Assembly (NCBI GenBank): GCA_036004665.1
Contig: DASYRG010000029.1
Location: 12,753 to 76,752 of the forward strand
From: a bacterium
Lineage (GTDB): Bacteria; Sysuimicrobiota; Sysuimicrobiia; Sysuimicrobiales; Humicultoraceae
Length of the DNA stretch: 64,000 bases
Direction: 5' to 3'
A program made the translations under genes and the position numbers. Below are positions 57,156 to 64,000 of this stretch, piece by piece. Below the pieces are notes generated by a model. It was not told where the DNA came from. It saw only the letters and a list, made by a program, of their open reading frames with translations, and did not search any database. Numbering within the stretch: position 1 is the first letter of the stretch; every line of letters begins with the position of its first letter.

Positions 57156-58187
57156 ATGGCCGTAGCGCGCGGCGACGTCATCCTGGACGTCCGCAATCTC
57201 TACAAGCACTTCCCCATCACCAAGGGCTTCATCCTCCAGAAGCAGGTGGGGGCGGTGCGGGCGGTCGACGGGGTCTCCTTTACCATCCGTCAGGGCGAGA
57301 CGCTGGGGTTGGTGGGGGAGTCGGGGTGCGGGAAGACGACGACCGGCCGCGTCATCCTCCGCCTTCAGGAGCCCACCAGCGGGGAGGCCTACTTCGAGGG
57401 GCGCAACATCTTCAAGCTGAGCAAGGAAGACCTGCGGCGGATGCGCCGCGACATGCAGATCATCTTCCAGGACCCCTACTCCTCGCTGAACCCGCGCATG
57501 ACCGTGGGCGATATCGTCGGCGAGCCCCTGGAGATCCACAACCTCGCCCGCGGCAAGGAGAAGCTGCGGCGGGTGCAAGAGCTGCTGGAAATCGTCGGCC
57601 TCTCTCCCTACCACGCCAACCGCTACCCTCACGAGTTCTCAGGCGGGCAGCGGCAGCGCATCGGCATCGCCCGCGCCCTAGCCGTCAACCCGAAACTCAT
57701 CATCTGCGACGAGCCGGTCTCCGCCCTGGACGTCTCCATCCAGGCGCAGGTGCTGAACCTGCTGGAGGAGCTGCAAAAGGAGTTCGGCCTGACCTACCTC
57801 TTCATCGCCCACGACCTCTCCGTGGTCAAGCACATCAGCGACCGCATCGCCGTGATGTACCTGGGTCGGATCGTGGAGGTGGCCGAAGTCGACGAGCTCT
57901 TCGTCAACCCGCAGCATCCCTACACGGAGGCGCTGCTCTCGGCCGTGCCCATCCCCGACCCGGCGATCCGGCGTGAGCGGATCATCCTGCCTGGGGATGT
58001 GCCCAGCCCGGTCAACCCACCGGCGGGCTGCCGCTTCCACACGCGCTGTCTCTACGCGCAGGAGTCCTGCCGGGTCAACGACCCGGAGCTGGTGGACTAC
58101 TGGGGCAACGGCCACTCGGTGGCCTGTCCGATCCTGCCCTTCCGGCACCAGCGCAGCAAGGCCGCGGTGGTCAAAGCCGCCAGTTAG
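57156..58187 (+). CDS. Oligopeptide/dipeptide ABC transporter ATP-binding protein (OppF/DppF-like)
   Basis: [12 protein letters not shown] Walker A, FSGGQRQR, and a C-terminal extension ([10 protein letters not shown]). Confidence 0.85.
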   Translation: MAVARGDVILDVRNLYKHFPITKGFILQKQVGAVRAVDGVSFTIRQGETLGLVGESGCGKTTTGRVILRLQEPTSGEAYFEGRNIFKLSKEDLRRMRRDMQIIFQDPYSSLNPRMTVGDIVGEPLEIHNLARGKEKLRRVQELLEIVGLSPYHANRYPHEFSGGQRQRIGIARALAVNPKLIICDEPVSALDVSIQAQVLNLLEELQKEFGLTYLFIAHDLSVVKHISDRIAVMYLGRIVEVAEVDELFVNPQHPYTEALLSAVPIPDPAIRRERIILPGDVPSPVNPPAGCRFHTRCLYAQESCRVNDPELVDYWGNGHSVACPILPFRHQRSKAAVVKAAS

Positions 58188-58192
58188 CCTGC

Positions 58193-59322
58193 GCCGCGTC
58201 GCGGTCGCTTTCGTCGCGGCGCTGAGCCTCGCCGGCGCGGCGCCTCCGCTCCGGGCCACCGGCGCGCCGCCTGCCCCGATCCTCGTCGCCTCGGGTGTGG
58301 CGGCCCGGGCCACGGCCGAGGGAAGCCAGCGGAAGCTCCTCATCGACAGCCGCGGGAGAATGGTATTGGCCTACGTGCGTCCGGTCGGGGGCGTGGACCA
58401 GATCTTCCTCGCCGAATCGGCCGACCGGGGCCGCAGCTGGCGCCACGAACAGATCACGGCGGGTCCACGCCCGGCTAGGCTGCCGTCGGTGGCCGGAAGC
58501 GCTGACGGCACGCTGCACCTGGTCTGGACAGAGTACACGCCCACCGGCCGGGTGCTCTACCGTCTCCGCCGCGGCGGGCGGTGGTCCGATGTTGTCACGC
58601 TCTCCGCCCCGGGGGTCTACGCGGGTGTGCCGGTGGTGGCTGTCGCCGGCTCTCGTGTGCACGTCCTCTGGTACGGCATCCGCGCCGGGGCCGTCCCCGC
58701 GCCGCGGCGGCACGGCTCCCTCTATGAGATCCTGGCCACGCGGTTCGAAGGGGGCCGCTGGCTCCCGCCATCGGTCATCTCGCCGGGGCTGCCGGATAGC
58801 ATCAACCCCTCCCTGGCGCCGGGGGTGGGGGAGACGGCGCACGCCGCCTGGTACCAGTTCGACGGACGCGTCTATCAGGTGCGCTACGCGCGCTTCGAGG
58901 GCGGCTGGCTGCCTCCGCGCTCTCTGACCACCGACCGCGCTGAGCACACGGCGGTGGCGCTCGACGCAGCCGGCGCGCAGTTTCACCTCGTCTGGGTGGA
59001 GCAGGGGGCAGCCCGGCGCGTGATGACCCGGTCCTTCGTCGCGGGGCCGATGGGGCTGCCGGGAGGGGTGGCGCAGGCGCTCTCCGGCGCGGGGGACGTG
59101 GGCGATCCGGTTGTGGTCGCCTCAGGACTATGGGTCGCGGCAGCGTGGCGCAGCGGGCGGCAGGTCATGTTTCGGCAGATCCGGCCGAAAACCCCGCCCG
59201 TGCCGCTGGGGATGGGTGAAGGGCCGGCGCTGGCGATCTCTGGAGACACGGCCTTCGTGGCCTGGACGCGGAGGACTGGGGAACGCCATGATCTCTTGTT
59301 GGGCGTCCATCCACTCCGATGA
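58193..59322 (+). CDS. Secreted hypothetical protein with about six regularly spaced hydrophobic-H/A-x-x-W strand motifs (beta-propeller-like); start codon uncertain
   Basis: Open frame immediately after the oppF stop. Signal-like LRRVAVAFVAALSLAGAAPP, then repeated GTLHLVW / SRVHVLWYG / ETAHAAWYQ / AQFHLVWVE / GLWVAAAW / DTAFVAWT blocks about 45-55 aa apart. No canonical start near the signal peptide; CTG at ~58193 is the only candidate. Confidence 0.4.
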
Positions 59323-59364
59323 TGAAGACTGGTGACCCGGTAGAATTACCAGAGGAGGTGGGAG

Positions 59365-59658
59365 ATGCCGACCTACGTGACCTTGACCAACTGGACCGAG
59401 CAAGGGATCAAGAACGTCAAGGATACAGTGAAGCGCTTTGAGGCGGCGAAGCAGGCGGGTGCGGCGGAGGGAGTGACCCTCAAGGAGGTCTACTACCTGA
59501 TGGGCACCTATGATGCATTGCTGATCGTCGAGGCGCCCGATGACGCCGCAGTGAGCCGCCTCACCCTGGGCGCGGGGATGCAAGGCTACGTCCGCACGGT
59601 GACCATGCGGGCCTTTACGAAGGACGAGATGGCCGCCCTCGTCGGCAGGCTGCCCTAG
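59365..59658 (+). CDS. GYD-domain protein
   Basis: MPTYVTLTNWTEQGIKNVKDTVKRFEAAKQAGAAEGVTLKEVYYLMGTYDALLIVEAPDDAA, the GYD-family signature, in 97 aa. RBS AGAGGAGGTGG. Confidence 0.7.
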   Translation: MPTYVTLTNWTEQGIKNVKDTVKRFEAAKQAGAAEGVTLKEVYYLMGTYDALLIVEAPDDAAVSRLTLGAGMQGYVRTVTMRAFTKDEMAALVGRLP

Positions 59659-59667
59659 GCGACGCCC

Positions 59668-59961
59668 GTGCCCATCGATCGCGCCGCGGTCGACCACGTC
59701 GCCCGCCTGGCACGCCTCTCCCTCACGGAGGAAGAGCGGGCGCTCTTCACCGAGCAGCTCCGCCAGATCCTCGACTACTTCGCTCGCCTGGGCGAACTCG
59801 AGCTGGGCGCGGTCGCGCCCACCTCGCATATCAGGGCGGCGGCAGCGGCGATGCGCGAGGACGTGGTCCGCCCGTCGCTGGACCGGGAGGAGGTCCTGGC
59901 CGCCGCGCCGGACGCCGAAGAAGGGTTTTTCAAGGTGCCGCCGGTCCTGGAGTCCCTCTGA
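59668..59961 (+). CDS. gatC: Asp/Glu-tRNA(Asn/Gln) amidotransferase subunit C
   Basis: IDRAAVDHVARLARLSLTEEERALFTEQLRQILDYF is the GatC pattern, in 97 aa. Directly upstream of gatA. Confidence 0.8.
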   Translation: MPIDRAAVDHVARLARLSLTEEERALFTEQLRQILDYFARLGELELGAVAPTSHIRAAAAAMREDVVRPSLDREEVLAAAPDAEEGFFKVPPVLESL

Positions 59962-61428
59962 GTGGTGGATCGCGTGGATCTCCTCTTCCGCCCCGTCACC
60001 GAACAGCTGGCGCTGCTGCGGCGCCGCGAGGTGACTCCCACCGCGCTGGCCGAGACGTACCTGGCCCGCATCGCCGCCCTCGATCCGTCCCTGCATGCCT
60101 TCCTCTATGTGGATCCCGACGCGGTCCGCGCCGAGGCCCTGCGGTGGGACGCCCGCTACGCCGCCGGCGGCGACCTGCCTCCGCTGGCGGGCGTGCCGAT
60201 CGCGGTGAAGGACCTCATCTGCACGCGGGGGGTGCCGACGACCTGCGGCTCGCGGATCCTGGAGGGATGGCGGCCGCCGTATGATGCCACGGTCATCGCC
60301 CGGCTGCGCCGCGCCGGGGCGATCCTCCTCGGCAAGACCAATATGGACGAGTTCGCGATGGGCTCGTCTACGGAGAACTCCGCCTTCGGGCCCACGCATA
60401 ACCCGTGGGATCGGGAGCGCGTCCCCGGCGGCAGCAGCGGCGGTTCCGCCGCGGCGGTCGCGGGCGGCCTCGCGCCCTGGGCCCTGGGCACCGATACCGG
60501 CGGCTCGATCCGCCAGCCCGCCGCCCTCTGCGGGATCGTCGGGCTCAAGCCCACCTATGGGCGGGTCTCGCGGTACGGCCTCGTCGCCTACGGTTCTTCG
60601 CTCGACCAGATCGGACCGCTGACGCGCACGGTCGACGATGCCGCGCTGCTGCTGGAGGCCCTCGCCGGGTGGGATCCCCTGGACGCGACGTCGGCGGACC
60701 TCGATCGTCCCGAATGTAGAGGCGGTCTCGCCGGCGGGGCGGCCGGCCTGCGCATCGGCGTTGTGCGCGAGGGGATGGGGGAGGGGCTGGAGGCCGGGGT
60801 GGGGGACGCGATCGCGGAGGCGGTTCGCCTCCTCTCTGACCTGGGTGCGGAGATCGAGGAGGTCACCCTGCCCACGATCGGGTACGCGCTGCCGACCTAC
60901 TATCTCCTCGCCACGGCGGAAGCCTCCAGTAACTTGGCCCGCTACGACGGTGTCCGCCACGGCCTGCGCGTCGGCGCCGCCGACATCATCGACCTCTTCT
61001 CCCGGACGCGGAACCGCGGCTTCGGCGCGGAGGTGAAGCGGCGCATCATGCTCGGCACCTACGCGCTCTCGGCCGGCTTCTACGAGGCGTACTACCTCAA
61101 CGCGCAGCGGGCGCGCACCTTGGTGCGGCAGGACTTCGATCGCGCGCTGGGGGCGGTCGATCTGCTCCTCCTTCCCACCTCGCCGACCGTGGCCTTCCCT
61201 CTGGGCGCACGCGTGGACGATCCGCTGCAGATGTATCTCGCCGACATCTTCACGATCCCGGTGAACCTGGCGGGGCTGCCGGGGATCTCCATCCCCTGCG
61301 GGTTTACCGGCGGTCTCCCGGTCGGGCTGCAGCTGATCGGGCGCGCCTTCGACGAGACGACGTTGCTGCGCGCGGCGGCGGCGTACGAGCAGGCCGCCGG
61401 CTGGTGGCGGAAGGTCCCCCCGTCGTGA
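59962..61428 (+). CDS. gatA: Glutamyl-tRNA(Gln) amidotransferase subunit A
   Basis: Amidase signature ([12 protein letters not shown]...[25 protein letters not shown]). Confidence 0.9.
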   Translation: MVDRVDLLFRPVTEQLALLRRREVTPTALAETYLARIAALDPSLHAFLYVDPDAVRAEALRWDARYAAGGDLPPLAGVPIAVKDLICTRGVPTTCGSRILEGWRPPYDATVIARLRRAGAILLGKTNMDEFAMGSSTENSAFGPTHNPWDRERVPGGSSGGSAAAVAGGLAPWALGTDTGGSIRQPAALCGIVGLKPTYGRVSRYGLVAYGSSLDQIGPLTRTVDDAALLLEALAGWDPLDATSADLDRPECRGGLAGGAAGLRIGVVREGMGEGLEAGVGDAIAEAVRLLSDLGAEIEEVTLPTIGYALPTYYLLATAEASSNLARYDGVRHGLRVGAADIIDLFSRTRNRGFGAEVKRRIMLGTYALSAGFYEAYYLNAQRARTLVRQDFDRALGAVDLLLLPTSPTVAFPLGARVDDPLQMYLADIFTIPVNLAGLPGISIPCGFTGGLPVGLQLIGRAFDETTLLRAAAAYEQAAGWWRKVPPS

Positions 61429-62906
61429 CGGTGACGGCGCGACGCACGCGCGACGGCATCGCCGCCGAGCCGGTCATTGGCCTGGAGATCCACGTCCAGC
61501 TGCTCACCGCCTCCAAGATGTTCTGCGGCTGCGCGGTGGCGTTCGGCGCGCCGCCCAACACGCTGATCTGCCCTGTGTGCCTGGGGCTGCCCGGCGCGCT
61601 GCCGGTGACGAACCGGCGGGCGGTGGCCCTGGGGCTGCGCACGGCGGTGGCGCTGCGCTGCGCCGTGGCGCCGGAGAGCCGGTTTCACCGCAAGAACTAC
61701 TACTACCCCGATCTGCCGAAGAACTATCAGATCTCGCAGTACCAGTACGCGGACCACCCGCCGCTGGGCTCGGATGGGTGGCTGGAGTTCGCCGCCCTGG
61801 GGGTGCCGCGCGCCGTACGCATCCGCCGCGTCCACCTGGAGGAGGACACCGGCAAACTGCTGCACGTGGAACGCGAAGGAGCAGTCAGCCACACTCTGAT
61901 CGACTACAACCGCTCCGGGGTGCCACTGATGGAGGTCGTCACCCAGCCCGATCTGCGCAGCCCCGCGGAGGCGCGGGAGTTCCTGATCGTGCTGCGGGCG
62001 CTGCTCCAATACCTGGAGGTCTCCTCGGGGCGGATGGAAGAAGGCACCATGCGGGTGGACGCCAACGTCTCCCTGCGCCGCCTGGACGGGACGGCGGGCA
62101 TCCGCACCGAAGTGAAGAACATGAACTCGCTGCGCGCCGTCGAGCGCGCCCTGGCGTTTGAAGCCGCGCGGCAGGCCGACCTCCTCACGGCCGGCGGGAC
62201 CGTGACGCAGGAGACGCGCCACTGGGACGAGCGCCGGCAGGTCACCTTCGCCTCGCGCGTCAAGGAGGAGGCCGAGGACTATCGCTACTTTCCCGAGCCT
62301 GACCTCATCCCCATCACCGTGGAGCCCGCGGAGGTGGAACGCGTACGGGAGGCGCTGCCGGAACTCCCCGCCCAGAAGGCGACGCGGTACGTCTCGGCGC
62401 TGGGGCTCTCCGCCTACGACGCCGATCTGATCGTGCGTCGTCCGCCTCTGGCCGCCTTCTTCGAGGAGGCTCTCGCGCTGTACCCGAACGCCAAGGCGCT
62501 GGCCAACTGGCTCACGGGAGATATCGCCGGTCTACTCAACGCCGAAGGGAAAGAGATCGACGAGACGGCGCTGCGGCCCGAGGGCCTGGCGGCGCTGTTG
62601 CGGCTGATCGATGACGGGCGGATCAGCGGACGCATCGCCAAGGACCTGCTGCCGGAGCTGGTGCGCGGCGGCGCGGATCCCTCGGCGCTCGTCGCGGCGC
62701 GGGGCCTCGAGCAGATCAGTGACGCCGCCGATCTCACCCGCCTCGTGGAGGATGTGCTCGCGGCGCACCCCGGGGCGGTGGAGGAGTTCCGCAAGGGGAA
62801 AGCGCGGGCCATCGCGTTTCTGGTCGGCCAGGTGATGAGGGAGACCCGGGGACGCGCTAATCCCGACCTGGTCAACCGCCTGCTGCGGGAGCGGCTCGGT
62901 GGCTGA
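61425..62906 (+). CDS. gatB: Asp/Glu-tRNA(Asn/Gln) amidotransferase subunit B
   Basis: [20 protein letters not shown]...[12 protein letters not shown]... and the GatB/YqeY C-terminal domain. GTGA overlap with gatA. Confidence 0.9.
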   Translation: MTVTARRTRDGIAAEPVIGLEIHVQLLTASKMFCGCAVAFGAPPNTLICPVCLGLPGALPVTNRRAVALGLRTAVALRCAVAPESRFHRKNYYYPDLPKNYQISQYQYADHPPLGSDGWLEFAALGVPRAVRIRRVHLEEDTGKLLHVEREGAVSHTLIDYNRSGVPLMEVVTQPDLRSPAEAREFLIVLRALLQYLEVSSGRMEEGTMRVDANVSLRRLDGTAGIRTEVKNMNSLRAVERALAFEAARQADLLTAGGTVTQETRHWDERRQVTFASRVKEEAEDYRYFPEPDLIPITVEPAEVERVREALPELPAQKATRYVSALGLSAYDADLIVRRPPLAAFFEEALALYPNAKALANWLTGDIAGLLNAEGKEIDETALRPEGLAALLRLIDDGRISGRIAKDLLPELVRGGADPSALVAARGLEQISDAADLTRLVEDVLAAHPGAVEEFRKGKARAIAFLVGQVMRETRGRANPDLVNRLLRERLGG

Positions 62907-62946
62907 CCGCGCCTCCGCCCGGGACTCCCCCGCGCCTCCGCTTGAG

Positions 62947-64000
62947 GTGGGGCGGCGGGTCGCGGTCACGTTCTCCAGCCTGGCCCTCGACGGAGCGGCC
63001 ACGGCGCAGGTGGGCCGCCAGGTCCTGGCGGTGCGCTACGCCATTCCCGGTGAGGTCGCGCTGGTGAAGGTGGTGGAGCGAGATCCCCTCCGCGGGGAGA
63101 TCGTCGCCCTGCAGCGGAAATCCGCGGAGGCGGCAACGCCGCCCTGCCCCCACTTCGGCCGGTGCGGGGGGTGCCAGCTGCAGCACATCACACTGGACGG
63201 CCAGCGGCGCAACAAGACGGCGATGGTCGCCGCGGCGCTCGCCGGGGCGGGGGTGGCAGAGCGGCAGGTTCGTCCCTGCCGCGGAGCGGAGGGGTGGGCT
63301 TACCGGAGCGTGCTGCGGGGCGCCTTCGACCGCCGCGAGGGGGAGACGATCGCCGGATTCTACGGCTGGGGAGAGCGGCGCCTCTACAACATCGAGACCT
63401 GCCCGATCCAGCATCCGACGAACGTCCGTATCCTGGAGGTGGTGCGCGAGGCGGTCCGCGACCTCGGGCTGCCCCCCTATGGGGGCCCCGGCCGCGGACT
63501 GGTGCGCGGGGTGCTGGCCGTCACCGGCCACGCCACCGGCGAGGCGCTGGCCGTCCTCTCAACCGCCGCTCCCCTGCCAGACCGGATGGCCTTCGTGCGC
63601 GCCGTCCTTGACCGGGTGGACGGGCTGGTGGGGCTCTTCCTGACGATCCAGCCCGGCCGGTCCGTTGAGTTCTTCGGCCCCGGTCTCACCCTGCTGTGGG
63701 GACGAGCCTTCATCGAAGAAGAGATCCTCGGGCTGCGGGTGCGGCTGGATCCGCGCAGCGAGATCCCGCCGAACCCCCGCGCGTTTCCGCTGCTGCTGGA
63801 GGCCATCGTCGAGGCCGCGGCGCTGCGGGAAGATGAGCAGATCATCGACCTCTTCGCCGGCTCCGGCCTGATCCCGCTGGCGCTTGCGGGGCGCGTCCGG
63901 CGGGCCGTCGGGGTGACCTCCGATCGGCGGGCGATGGAGGAGGCGTGGGCGACCGCGGCCCGCAATGGCATCGCCAACGCGGTCTTCTACACGCGGGACC
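62947..64000 (+). CDS. 23S rRNA (uracil-C5)-methyltransferase RlmD/RumA-family protein; 5' portion, runs off the window end
   Basis: TRAM-like N-terminus (RRVAVTFSSLALDGAATAQVGRQVLAVRYAIPGEVALVKVVE), a 4-Cys cluster (CPHFGRCGGCQLQH...C) and a start of a class I SAM-MTase domain (IIDLFAGSGLIPLALA). Start GTG is approximate. Confidence 0.65.
   Translation, partial: MGRRVAVTFSSLALDGAATAQVGRQVLAVRYAIPGEVALVKVVERDPLRGEIVALQRKSAEAATPPCPHFGRCGGCQLQHITLDGQRRNKTAMVAAALAGAGVAERQVRPCRGAEGWAYRSVLRGAFDRREGETIAGFYGWGERRLYNIETCPIQHPTNVRILEVVREAVRDLGLPPYGGPGRGLVRGVLAVTGHATGEALAVLSTAAPLPDRMAFVRAVLDRVDGLVGLFLTIQPGRSVEFFGPGLTLLWGRAFIEEEILGLRVRLDPRSEIPPNPRAFPLLLEAIVEAAALREDEQIIDLFAGSGLIPLALAGRVRRAVGVTSDRRAMEEAWATAARNGIANAVFYTRD

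Noticed and set aside
59128-60960. 610-aa minus-strand ORF antisense to the GYD gene, gatC and gatA
   Set aside because: Overlaps unmistakable gatC/gatA coding sequence on the opposite strand. Composition typical of antisense frames.
1-64000. Looked for CRISPR arrays, tRNA/rRNA genes, transposases/integrases or prophage remnants
   Set aside because: No evenly spaced direct repeats, no tRNA-like cloverleaf candidates in the few intergenic regions, and no transposase or integrase-like ORFs. The excisionase-type HTH at 48196 stands alone without recombinase partners.

Overview
This window is about 69-70% GC and is coded almost entirely on the + strand, with genes densely packed and many 1-4 nt start/stop overlaps (GTGA, ATGA, TGATG). 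Its core, roughly 7.4-38 kb, is an outer-membrane biogenesis supercluster of the kind described for diderm Firmicutes (Negativicutes, Halanaerobiales, Limnochordia). The cluster order is:
- tamB, a sigma factor plus a small membrane protein, bamA, an unknown secreted protein, three tandem Skp/OmpH chaperones;
- lpxD, an unknown secreted protein, lpxC, fabZ, lpxA, lpxI, lpxB;
- lptC-like, lptA, lptB, lptF/G, an ArnT-like GT39, a GT2 polyprenyl-phosphate glycosyltransferase and a DUF3084 protein;
- a putative cobalamin riboswitch, a TonB-dependent receptor, TonB and a YqgF-like nuclease;
- an SLH-domain OmpM-type porin that can tether the outer membrane to peptidoglycan.
Upstream of the cluster are the 3' end of glmU, prs, a SAM-dependent methyltransferase (minus strand), wecA/tagO-like, wecB, a small secreted lipoyl-like protein and a large secreted SpoIVB (S55)-like peptidase whose sequence motifs appear in permuted order.
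Downstream are hpt, a CBS-less IMPDH-family protein, guaA, pcrA and a large peptide/nickel-type ABC importer cluster. That cluster has three family-5 substrate-binding proteins and three permease pairs but only one OppD/OppF ATPase pair, and is interrupted by an excisionase-type HTH gene with a perfect 16-bp palindrome upstream. The window ends with a beta-propeller-like secreted protein, a GYD protein, gatCAB and the 5' part of an rlmD-like rRNA methyltransferase.
No rRNA, tRNA, CRISPR array, transposase or integrase was seen. The most interesting candidates are the uncharacterised secreted proteins translationally coupled inside the lpx/bam operon, the permuted S55-like peptidase, the riboswitch-TonB module, and a 23-nt triple tandem repeat that duplicates the start codon of the IMPDH-like gene.
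Coordinates, especially GTG/TTG starts, were picked by eye and may be off by a few nucleotides.
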